Position numbers and translations under genes: made by a program. Below the pieces are notes generated by a model that worked only from the letters and a program-made list of their open reading frames with translations, was not told the DNA's origin and ran no database searches. A DNA stretch of 59,430 nucleotides, counting the filler, from Sphacelaria rigidula (taxonomy: Eukaryota), in NCBI GenBank assembly GCA_964200075.2. It is 10 parts of 10 records of this genome, joined end to end, with 100 filler letters (N's around TTAATTAATTAA, not from the genome) between each part and the next. Parts side by side here need not be neighbours in the genome. Positions count along the whole stretch, not along the records: positions 23,814 to 29,666 come from CAXNAA020023962.1; positions 29,767 to 35,619 come from CAXNAA020023963.1; positions 35,720 to 41,572 come from CAXNAA020023964.1; 7 more parts are not named here. One strand, 5' to 3'. Below are positions 25,899-36,994 of this stretch, in pieces (the stretch's first letter is position 1; every line of letters starts with the position of its first letter).

Positions 25899-26463
25899 TT
25901 AAAAACGCGAGCATCTCTTGTCGACTTCGATGAAGACAATACCGCCTAGACCGGCCTGTCGCCTCACTGTTGCGGCCTCACTGCCGCAGACAAAACCTCA
26001 CAGTTGTGAGCGCACGCCGATATTGTACAGTGGTCGATCCAAGTACTGTATCGAAATTGATCAACAGTGCCGGAGGCTGTAGGCGATAGCAACGCATGGC
26101 GGTGTTTTTTTCAGCCTCGAGTGTTTTCAACGGGATAGCTCTACGCTTTCCAAATACCTCGTGCATAGACACATCTCGACGAGAACGGTGCAGCGAAGCA
26201 AGTTTCCTGTGCGCACTAGGTTTCTCTTTGACACGTTTTCGGAAAGTCAGTAATAGGAGCTTCCCAACAAGCCCGCTTACGACGTTGGTGACCCTGGACA
26301 AAATGAGGGCGAATCCAAAACGCTCCGTACGGGGATCACAAATATTTTTTCTGTACAATCCTCTGATGGTCCAACATCCACGATACACACGAGGCACTGT
26401 GCAGCATCTGTACAACATTCTTGACCCCCACCCCCCCCTTCGCTCCTCTTTTTCTTTTCACAG

Positions 26464-27273
26464 GAACGCCTCGCAAAGATCCGAGAACGGAAAAGTCGCA
26501 AGCGAAATAATATGCTCTTGCAGGGCGTCACTCCAGAAGAGATCCAAGCAATAGAGAACGAAGAGGCAGAGCAACAGCGAATTATCCGAGAGCGCCGACA
26601 AGCCGAGAAGGCTGCCGCGGGACGCGGTGGACGTGGCGGTGGGCGCGGCGGACGCAGGGGGCGTACAGATGGTCGCGGAGGCCGAGGAGGGGGCAGAGGG
26701 GACAGGCGCGGGGAGAGCAGGAACAGGGAGGGAGGAGGGGTATATGAAGAGAGTGCCTGGGGGGGTGGCGGCGGCCGCGGGACTACCCGTTGGAGGTATG
26801 ACCAGGGGTCACCGGTTGCATCCGGCGGCGTGGGTGGTATGCACCCGCCCCCTCAACAGCACAACCAACCACGTTATCCACAACAGTATCAGGGCGCGCC
26901 GATGGTGCACATGGGTGCTCGTGGCCCAGCGAACGGCTTCGTTCCAAGGGCGATGCCTCTTGGCCCTCCTGGAGGATCTAACGGCCCGCCTCCGCAGGTT
27001 GCTATGCAGAGTCCGGGGGGCTTCCAGCCTGCGTTTGGTAGCCCTGTGATTCAACCTCAACAACAGCAACCTCGCCCTCAGTTTGTGAGCGTCCATGGAA
27101 TGGTCCCTAATCCATCCCAGTTTGTGCAGCAGCAGCAGCAGCAGCACTTTCAACAACAGCAGCAGCACCCCCAGGCGCAGTTCCCACCCCATCCAGGGGG
27201 TGGGCCACGGCCTTTTGTGAATCATGCGGGGACCTTTCCACCCCATGGGCCGAATAGCTCTTACCACCAATAG
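26464..27273 (+). CDS. NAF1: NAF1 terminal exon (basic helix, RGG region, Pro/Gln-rich tail)
   Basis: Polypyrimidine tract and cag acceptor. Continues FSDDEK|ERLAKIRERK in frame to a stop at 27273. Confidence 0.82.
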   Translation, partial: ERLAKIRERKSRKRNNMLLQGVTPEEIQAIENEEAEQQRIIRERRQAEKAAAGRGGRGGGRGGRRGRTDGRGGRGGGRGDRRGESRNREGGGVYEESAWGGGGGRGTTRWRYDQGSPVASGGVGGMHPPPQQHNQPRYPQQYQGAPMVHMGARGPANGFVPRAMPLGPPGGSNGPPPQVAMQSPGGFQPAFGSPVIQPQQQQPRPQFVSVHGMVPNPSQFVQQQQQQHFQQQQQHPQAQFPPHPGGGPRPFVNHAGTFPPHGPNSSYHQ

Positions 27274-29501
27274 CGATCAGTCGTTTGTACGGCGCCATTC
27301 TGCGGTTCACGCGCCGTGCTTTCTCGTTGTGGAGAGTGACGTGGTAGCCTTCGATCAAGCCGTCACTGTCCTGTCATTGTTTTTGTCGGCAGTGTGGCAA
27401 CGCTGCAGTTCCGTCGGCAGTACTGTGCAGTGCCTGTTAGTACTTTGTAGGTAAACGTTTCTGTGTTTCCCATGAACAAAACTGTCCGGTTGTTTTTGCA
27501 AGCTTCGATGGTTGCCGCGGCTTTAGGAAGAATTGGGAGGTTGCTGTGTACACGACAAGCGCCGCCGTGTTGTATCCATACGAGTAGCATGACGCAGTGT
27601 TTGGGGTGAGCAAACTACTTTGCATCAGAGATCGTTACTCCGCAGTAGTGCTTCCATTCACAGTAACCCGATTCCGATGCTGCTGGCTGGGGATCTCAAT
27701 CCTTGTGCTATTTTGGCGAATTTGTGTGCTTCCGCCAAGTGTTTTGGTTTGTTTATTTGCTGGCCATTTTATCTTCTCGGAACTGTTGTTTCGTCCGGCA
27801 CAGATGTTAGTCCATGGCGTAGACTTGCACAGGGGGGTATCCATGCATACTAATGACTTGTACCCGCATTGACGACAGTTTGTGGTGGGCGTTTTGTAGC
27901 GTTGTATCTAGTGTTTGTGTTTATGCATGTGTGAAATCCAAGCGCGACGGTGATACCGCTGGTGTACTATTTGGTGCTTGCAGTGCACGTGACTGGAGAT
28001 GATTCGCAGCGTCGTGAACCTTGTCCTCCGGTGTGTTGGCTGGCTGGTCTGCTGGTACGGGTTGGTATCTTCCCTCTACCGACTGGCCTTTCCTGGCCTT
28101 GTCTGTACATGATCGAATATCCACCGTGTCGACAGTAGGCTCGGTGTGAGTTGGCAGACCGAACTGCGGACGTTGTCTACTGAGTCGACGTTGCCCCGCA
28201 AGGAAAAAAAAATCAAGCTTATCGAGTGTTGACTTGCTACATCGTAAGAATTTAGTTCGGGAGAAACTAAGCTAGATATAAAACAATCTGAGTCTTGAAA
28301 ATCGCGGTCACTTGTGAGCTTCCTGGAAATGAGGACCCCTCAGATGAAATATCCATCTCATGGTTGCCAAGTCGGAGAAGAGGCACTTACTCCCCTCGTC
28401 CTCTTGCGCTCCACGGTTCTGAGAATACCTTACATGACCGCGGTTCTGGGGGTACACCGTTTCACGGTTCGGACGAATCAAGGTTCAAAGGGGTTGGATT
28501 CCCATGAATGTTGAACGCGAACCATTCACCAAAGAGAATCTGACATGAATCAGGGATGGCAAAGTTGTGTGCTCAAGGTCATATCGCACGAATCATGAAC
28601 CAGGAATGTGTACACTCCAAGTAGTATATGCGATTCACCTTGTATGAGTGAAAGACGGGGAACGTTTGCCCCTTATTCATGCTGCATGGATGGGAATTGG
28701 AAAATATGTACCTATTATTAAAACCATACGGATGGAACGTGGCGAAATATGTACGTTCGACGGTGTACAGCAGGATTCAAGAACTGAGAAAATGTATACT
28801 TGAGGTAGTGTCATACGAATCACGAACTCAAAAGATAATGTATACAAATCACAACTTGTGTAGAATAGTATCATTGATTCGTACAAATGTTGCATATATG
28901 TCAAATTACGATTATATTCGTCCTAACCGTGCACCATACTACGTGCATGATGAACGTTTTAAGGTATTTGTCGGGTCATGGCTTGTACTGATTCGAGTTC
29001 CACAAGTCATGTTCCTCTCCTTCTCCCCCCTCCTCCTTCCCAATAAGTTCCGCTCTCATGTGGGCTCGTTTTGTTGAAACTTTTAGCAACTAAGCTTAGC
29101 AGTGTGCCTGACCAGTGCTATGACTTTGTTTGGACACTCACAGTACTTTCCCAGTGATGACCCCTACTTATCGATGGCTCCGATACGCGACGGCGATAAG
29201 CGATGCATGTGATGTTGCGGAAGTTCAAATTTTCTTGTTAGAAGCGGTCTCAATTATTGTTGGCCACATGAGGCAGCGGTCTGTTTGTTCACTCTTCTTT
29301 TCTTGAGGTGAATCAACTCAGCCAGAACAACCCTTTCGCCAGATCGAGTGTCTAGCATTTGATTGAGCGTGCGTTTAATGATAACAGTCGATCCTAAAAG
29401 ATGGGGTTGAGCACTAAAATGAGGTTCAGGCGGAACATCTAAATTGTAGGTCAAGCACGAAACAGTTACACCAAGGGAAACCATCTGCCCCCCCCCCAAA
29501 C

Positions 29502-29666
29502 GGCCCGTCCCGAAAGGGGTGCGTGGTTAATGGTCAAACGACGAAGACAAGCAACAGATAAATACGCCCCCACCCCCCCCCCCCCAAACTGCTAGTATTA
29601 GGAGTAGGAACGGTGCTCCGTCTCGAAAGGGATGCGTGGTCAATGGTCAAACAACTAAGGCAAGCA
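29502..29666 (+). mobile_element. Two family D short-form copies (29502-29575 and 29613-29666)
   Basis: Both are colinear with 31203-31268. The first is flanked by CCCCCCCCCCAAAC at 29488-29501 and 29576-29589. Confidence 0.8.
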
Positions 29667-29766
29667 NNNNNNNNNNNNNNNNNNNNNNNNNNNNNNNNNN
29701 NNNNNNNNNNTTAATTAATTAANNNNNNNNNNNNNNNNNNNNNNNNNNNNNNNNNNNNNNNNNNNN

Positions 29767-32115
29767 CGGTTGTCTAGCCAGGGCTCCCGCGAACAGCAGT
29801 CGTCGTTGCCGGACGATGGCTTCGGCACTTTGGCATCCGGTCTTCTTGAAGGCCTATGCATACGCAAGCTGTTGGTGTGTGCCGCGCACTCGGCGGTGCC
29901 CGATGACTCGTAGGAGGAGCCGGTTGTGTACCTTTTTCAGAAAGTCGTAGTGTTCGCGGTGCGGGGCCCACGTCATGCATCCGTATAGGATGGCCCCCAT
30001 CGCCTCCGCTTTCAGCAGTCGAACCTTGAGTCTTCACGGTGCTTTCGGTCGGTCAAAGAGCTCCCGGGAGAAGTTCCTGATGCACGCCCACGCTGCTCTG
30101 CTCCGATTGTTGATCTCTTGCTTGAGTTTGCCCTCTTCGTTGACGAGCACGCCCAAATATCGGAAACTGGTTTTCTGGGCGTATTCCTGGCCCGCTGCTT
30201 TACTGATCAGCGGTGGGGGAGATGGTGTTGGTGACTCCCCCCTCTTCGGTGCTTGCCTCGGTACTCGCATCAAGAGAGTCTCCGTCTTCTCCGATACGGT
30301 CAGTCCACAGGCCCCGAACACTTACACTGTGATGGTCATCATCCTCGCCAGTCCGTCAGGAGATCTTGAGACGACGCCAGCATCGTTGGCATACAGCATT
30401 CCCCACACCGCTCTCCGTACACGTTCCAGCGCAGTTTCCGCCCCCCTCCCCGTCTCCTCATCGAAATATACCATGTCCTTGATGATATCGTCCTCGCTGA
30501 ATCGCACGAGGACTATCTCGAGCACTGCCGCGAAGATCTTGAACAGCAGGGGAGACGGTCCACATCCTTGTCGCAGTCCCTGTGTGACTTCAAACCACTC
30601 CGAGAGCTCCCCGTCGTCCATGCATACCCGAGCCTGCATGCTGTCGTGGAATTGGCGGATAACTGCTATCATCTCATCCGGAATACCAACTCGGGCCAGT
30701 ACCTGCCACGGAAGCTCTCGGTCGACCGAGTCATACGCCTTCTGGAGGTCGACGAAGTATATGTACAGCGGTATTCTCCGCCGCCGTCCCAGCTCCTGGA
30801 GTCGGCGCACTACGAACAGCATGTCGACAGTGGATCGGTCAGGTCGGAAGCCGCACTGCTCCTCCGGTAATATCCCGTGCGTTTCGCAGTAGTCGCTGAG
30901 GCGGTTGGCCACTATCTTCAGGAGCACTTTCCCTGCGTGCGATACCAGAGAGATCCCCCTATAGTTTATGCAGATGGACCGGTCCGATTTCTTGTACAGC
31001 ACCTTGATAGTTGCATCTTTTCATTCCTGCGGGACCTCCCCTCTGTTCCACACCTCGACGAGAATGGTATGGAAGCGTTTGAGGACGATAGGTTCGGCGC
31101 GGCCGTCGATCTTGAGTAGCTCCACAGGAAGGGCATCGTGTCCTGGCGCTTTCCAGTTTTGCATCCGCCGGACTGCTCGTTTGGTTCCCCCCAATGTTGG
31201 TGTGCTCCGTCTCGAAAGGGATGCGTGGTCAATGGTCAAATGACTAAGGCAAGCAACAGATGAGTACGCCCCCCAATGTTGGTGCTGCCCCAAGCGGTAC
31301 CGAATCACCGGTGGTTGACGCTGCCGGTCGCTGCTTCACCTCCTCGATGATGGCTGGGTTCAGCGTGGGCGATTTGGCGTTGAGTAGGGTGCGGAAGAAC
31401 TTCGCCCACCGTTTGAGGATGGCAATTTTGTCCCTCAGTAGAACGCCGTTCTCGTCCTTTATGAGCTACTGCACCCCGGATTGCCTTCCACCAAGACCCA
31501 CCGATCTCTTGAGGTGTTTGCACAGGCCTGTTATATCTCGATCCCTGTAGATCGCTTCGAGCCTTGCCACATACCTCTCCAGATGTGCATGGATGCCGTC
31601 GTCTATCGCTGTACGTACGCTCTTACACGCGGCTCTGAGTGCTTTCCACGATGCTAGGGTCCGGCGACCCTTCATCAGTTGGCGTGCCTCCGGTCGTTTG
31701 GCGAGTGCTGCCTTCACTGGTGCTCTCGTGTCGGGGTTTTCAGACATTTTTCGGCATACATGGTATCCGTGCCTCTTCCGGGAGTACTGTCTGCGCTGCG
31801 TCGAGGATAGCTTTGGTAACCTCCTTCGCGGCCGCCGGTGCGGTGGTGATAGGCTGGTATTTTTGCTCGCGGAGGTTATGTAGGAACCTCTGGGTCACGT
31901 GCCACCGTGCCATTTCGGTCTGCAGCTGCTGTCGACTGAATTGCCGCTGCTTCGATTTGGTTCGCACTTGGCGGTTGTGGGCAAGGCGACCACCGAGGTC
32001 GGCAGTGGCCACCATCATGTTGTGGTCCGAGTCAGCTTTAACCCGGGGTGCGGGTTGGGGGTGTACGACTACGTTGCGCACTCTACCTCGGTGTACCTGC
32101 CGGGTGAGTATGTGT
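29767..32115 (-). mobile_element. RTE-clade LINE ORF2 remnant (endonuclease C-terminus plus RT), decayed and 5'-truncated
   Basis: SDHN (APE end), [46 protein letters not shown] (mutated YADD) and FRYLG motifs, with stops and frameshifts. Confidence 0.93.
31203..31268 (+). mobile_element. Family D short form (66 bp) inserted into the RTE ORF
   Basis: Perfect 16-bp TSD CCCCCCAATGTTGGTG (31187-31202 and 31269-31284). Removing the insert and one TSD restores the reading ..GAAPTLGGTKRAVRRM.. Confidence 0.92.
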
Positions 32116-34275
32116 TTGAATGAGAAAACGTGACGTGGCCACACGCATTCCATCAATAGTTGGTGAAAATGTAACGTGGAAGCTGTTCTTTAGCGTTCTT
32201 GGTTCCCCTTCAGCTCATAAACCGGGAAGGATTTTTGCAAAGATCCGGTTGGAGATTCCTTGATTTGTTTTCGGTATTTCCGCTGATATATCTCACACCC
32301 GTAACCCCGGAATTACTGCACTCTTCGTCAACTATACCAAGAATCCCGAGGTTGAGATGCCTCCAAGATGAACACGTAGTGTCCGTACAGGTTGGCTACA
32401 GGTGAACAACTTCGGTGTCTCCCAATATTTCTCATTTCGGTCATGACAATTCAACCATAGACAACACGAGTACAGATAACTTATTTTGTACTCTGCGCGA
32501 GTTCTGTGCTGCCTGTTTGGCGCCTCATGCGTTGCCAGAATAGCTTCACACTGTCCGTAGTGTTGTTGTTGAATACTTGAGTAGAGGCATCGGCAGCATG
32601 CTGTAAATTGTGTACAGTGGAGAGCGATGGCATGCTGACTGCTTTTTGCCCTTATATCCAGCGGAGATAAACCACATACATACTGAATTCGTGCGCTATT
32701 GACTGCACGGTCAGAGTCGGTAAAGGGTTATCCGGAGTTATTTTCTGTACAGATGCCCACCATCCACGTATTTATGAAAAAATGCGTTTTGTGTGGCGAG
32801 AAAGGAGTTGTCATGAATCCCAAATGTGGCGCAGTCCATCTCAGTCCACCTGCAGGGGGGTCGCTGTCTAAGAATCAACTTGGTGATAGTATACGACAGC
32901 TGCAGTAATTTTCTCGGCACAGGAAGCAAGCCGGCCTGTGGCACTTTACAGCTCCCCGCACACACACAGGACCTAGCGATACATGCGAGATCCTCGCTCA
33001 GATCGCCACAGCGGATTCCCAAAGCCCCCGAAACAGGAAAAACAAAATGGGCCTTTTTAGTACATTTTGGTAGCTTGCAGCGTTTGTGGGACGCGTTAAG
33101 GATAATCCTTACACACCTCCCTAGTTTGGGTGTGTGGGGCGCGCACGCAACAAAACCGCAGTGCAATCCTCTGCTTTGGTGCCGAGAAACCCACGTCGAA
33201 AGATTGGCACAACAACATACTGCAACAAGATGGGCACAACAACAACACGAGCAGTAGCTTCTGTCCTCCTATTGGTGTGACCCCGTGTACAAATGTACGT
33301 CAGCGTAAGTCACAGGTTTGTTGTGGAATGTACTGTGCGAGTAGTACATTTTGCATGAGCGTGGTCGTTAGTTCGAGGTGACACGTGTACTTGTGATTGA
33401 TACTGATTGGCTCTGTAGCCAGGAGTCGATGTCCACTTTTCCGAAATAAAGTTCCCAAAATCGGGCCTCATTCACGCCTCAACAGTGCTGCTGTGTCGGG
33501 TACTATACCAAGTTTTGTATCGCCGTTGGACCGTGGAGGATGTCTTCCGTTGCGTTTATGCGAAGCGTACTGTCTGCAGTAGGGTGAATATCTGAGATTG
33601 AAGGGTGAGGTGATGACAGCAATAAGCACCTGCAAGAAAATGGTGCTGCTTCATGTCATCGCCGACGTCGTGGACACACCAGTGTTCGGCCTCTGGAGTG
33701 GATGGCAATTATTGATGGGTACCCTCGGGACCCGACGGGTAGCCTCGGAACCCAAAGCCTAACATTGCTGTCGTCACGCTAGGCCACGCTATCCTTCCAG
33801 GTACTACGTCTCTCCGTTGCTTCCATCACGTCCTCAGCGCCGGTAATTCACGCAGTCTCTAGCAGCACCCGCTTCTAGTGTGTCGTGAGCGTGGTCGTTT
33901 CCTAATACCCTGGTTTATGCACTTTGCGACAAACTCATGCGCGCCTTTCAGCGGGGTGAGTGGGAGGGGAAAACAACGAGACATTTGTCTACGAGAAATT
34001 CGAAGGCAGGCGATGAAGCCGCTCTGCTGCATACAAGGCTTCGCACTCATCCAGTAGACGTATTGAACGAAATATCCAGCGTAAACGGCACGCTTCTGTC
34101 TGCGCAGATCATGTTGTATCTGGGATGCTATTCACCGTACTTGATGTGAAGCAGGCGTGTTTGATGAAAGTAGTCCATTACATCACAGAATGCTCCCAAC
34201 TATCCAACTCCTACTGTGTGTGTACCCTGTGCCCTGCTAACGACTCTAAGAGTGCCCTGAATCCCTGGGTTGCAG

Positions 34276-35330
34276 AGTGGAGGAGGAAACCTCCAGCGGG
34301 GGAGGCGAGGTGGTGGGCCGTGGGGGAGGTGTTGGTGGCGGGAGTAGCGCAAGTGGTATGCCAGGAAAGGGAGCAAGAGGATTAATAAGCGAAGAGGGAA
34401 ATGGCGGTGGTGAAGGTGCTGGTCATGGTGGTGGTGGCGGGTTTGATGACTACGATGAGGAAGAGGTGAGTCGAAGTGTATCCGTTGTTGTAATTATTGT
34501 TCTGCTTCGCGTCGGCTGTGGGGCTGATGATCCGACATAACGATAGCACTGCGTTTTTCCCCTTTGCGATGAAACAGGTGGCCGCGTTGGAGGAATATAT
34601 CAAGACTCATCCCAGCAAAGCGGAAGATAGAGAAGCCCTTCGGCGACGAGCAAAGGAACTATCTACTAGTATCGGGGGTGACAAGGTCAGCATTCGTACT
34701 CGTGACGGGTCACCAAAAATCTGCGAGGGATCATGCTTTACCTCCACACGCGGGAGGTTGTCCAGTCTTGTGGGTAGCGCAGTTCTTTCACGGTAGTTCG
34801 GTAGTTGAAGAAGTGCAGCCTAGTTCTGCATCCACTTTGTACGCCTTTTGGACTCCGTTGTACTCGACACCTGTCACCGATGCTTCAGTCGTGGCATACT
34901 GATACTCTCCGCGTTGCTGCAATGTAGATTTCCTCGAGCATCTCTCTCGAACTTCTCAATTATTCTGCCAACGATCAACTCAGTACCCGACATCCGTACG
35001 CTTGGGTATGGCTGACCGCATCCCAAATCCCCGTTTGCTCAGACTGCATCGGAACCTAAATCCGACGAGAGGATCATCAAAGAGATGAAAAGCGCACCAA
35101 AGTTTCTGGAGGGGGAAAGCGGGCGAGGTGCCCAAGAGTCATCCACGACACAACCAGAGCCGGAGCGAGAATATACAGATGCATCTGGCAAATTGAAGTT
35201 CAATAAGCGTGCGTCCGGCGAAAGGGATGCAGGGGATAAAGAATGGAAGAAGAAGGACAAGAAGGCCAGGCTAGGCAAATTAGCAAAACCGAATACTAAG
35301 CTGCTATCCTTCGGCGATGACGAGGGATAG
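34276..35330 (+). CDS. Last three exons (34276-34465, 34578-34685, 35043-35330) of a probable KIAA1143/DUF4604-like protein
   Basis: Canonical AG/GT sites with consistent phase 0 joins. The C-terminus PNTKLLSFGDDEG* and GKLKFNK resemble DUF4604 proteins; the family call is from memory. Confidence 0.68.
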
Positions 35331-35461
35331 CGCGTCCAATACTGGCATCAAGTTACTTGTTCGAAAGAGCCTCGTTCAAACAAAAGGTTCAACCCATAAT
35401 TGCGGCGTTGCTCAACCTGAAACTGGTCGCGACTGATGTTTCGTGGACCTTGTGTCGCCGC

Positions 35462-35619
35462 GCCCCGGTGGTGTAATGGTCCGACTGTCACCATTAGGGT
35501 GGGGAGAACGGGGGTTCGATTCCCGACGCGTTCGGTTTTTTCTTCGTAGTGTCTGATTTCCACCGTGGAAAGCGTGAGAACGTGAGTAAACAAGGTAGAT
35601 GACTGAGTTTGTTTGACGT
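35462..35619 (+). mobile_element. tRNA-derived SINE, family A (cut by contig end)
   Basis: TGGTGTAATGG A-box and GGTTCGATTCC B-box. Colinear with 2931-3090. Confidence 0.85.
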
Positions 35620-36721
35620 NNNNNNNNNNNNNNNNNNNNNNNNNNNNNNNNNNNNNNNNNNNNTTAATTAATTAANNNNNNNNNNNNNNNNNNNNNNNNN
35701 NNNNNNNNNNNNNNNNNNNCTCCGCGCCCCCCCACCGCCCCTCCCCCAGCAGGGCCTGGGGGGGGGGGGGGGTATGGTGCCGGAACTGAGAGACGTGCTG
35801 CCCCTTGAACTAATCAGCATTCTCCAGTAGCCTAGAGTCTCGATGGCTCCCGTTGTTTGTTTTGAGTCGGTCGTGCCAGGCGTTGTCTCGAGCGAGCGGG
35901 GCCGGCACGATCGTTTTATCCACCGCTGTAAACCCTGACCGCTCCGCGACAACGCCGGCTTGGCCTGCGTTTTGTATATATTATGCGTCTGTCTCACGAG
36001 GATAATGTTCATATCAACAACCCGCCTTTTTATGGTTAACAGAGGTGTAATAGTTACTACGGTGTATACGGCGGGAGGTCAAGGATTGGAGTCCCGATAT
36101 ATTATGACGTCTTTTTCTTGTGTCATAATCTGTTTTTTTCCGTCATTGAAATCGTCAAGACTTGAGTAGTAGAAGCAAAGCATGACGAGAGCCGCCGCGA
36201 TACAGGTACTGTACCAGGATGCCAGGCATGTACACGTGGGGGGACATGAGTTGATCCCGTCGAGACTATGGAGTCGTCATGAGGAAGAGGAAGGGTTTGA
36301 GAGTGGGACGAAGGAAATTGCATGTATCATTGCACACATGAGTTCCGGTTCGTGGAGGATATTCCCTGTGCATTCCCAGCATCCCTATTTTTGTGTAGCT
36401 TGGCCTGGCCATTTCCCGTTCAATACCGGCTGCAATTCCTACAGGGTACACTAGTATGTGCACGAACGGACTGCACCACGATGAGTACACGCGATTTTCA
36501 AACTTGCTCCAACATATAGTTTTTTTTTGTTTACTCTAAACTCCAATCCAAAAACAGTATAATATACATGCACACCTGCACTGCAGCCGCTAATCTGCTC
36601 GACTGACCTGGGAAGAACAACAAAACAAACAATGTTGTTTTCTTTTTCAACTTTCCCCCCCCCCCGATTCTTATTTCTATTTTATTTTCCGGTACCGTTT
36701 TTTGATCGCCTCAATTAGCAG

Positions 36722-36994
36722 GTTTCCATCCCGCGCGGTACACCACTGGTGTACGAATTCGACGAAAATCTGGTCACCGTGGGCAGCCCAAGCTCTCTCG
36801 GTCCTCTGAGGGGACGCTTCCTGTGCAATCCCATTACATTAGCTAAGGCTCTCCAGCAAGAGTCCATCGCGGCTCAGCTCGGATCAGTTTCTGGTGTGGA
36901 TTCTGTTGGCCATGTGGACATAGCCAGTGACGGGTCTTTCGGGCTCGACGAAGGGTCTGCTGAGCACGCGGAGAGTGCCCTTGGGCACATTTGA
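36722..36994 (+). CDS. Terminal exon of a 2,3-BPG-dependent phosphoglycerate mutase (histidine phosphatase family)
   Basis: cag acceptor, then VSIPRGTPLVYEFDENL, matching the dPGM IPTGxPLVYELDENL motif. Confidence 0.82.
   Translation, partial: VSIPRGTPLVYEFDENLVTVGSPSSLGPLRGRFLCNPITLAKALQQESIAAQLGSVSGVDSVGHVDIASDGSFGLDEGSAEHAESALGHI

Noticed and set aside
29975..30892. 305-aa plus-strand ORF (and similar antisense ORFs at 14883-15497 and 16788-17222)
   Set aside because: Antisense shadows of RT/gag coding sequence.
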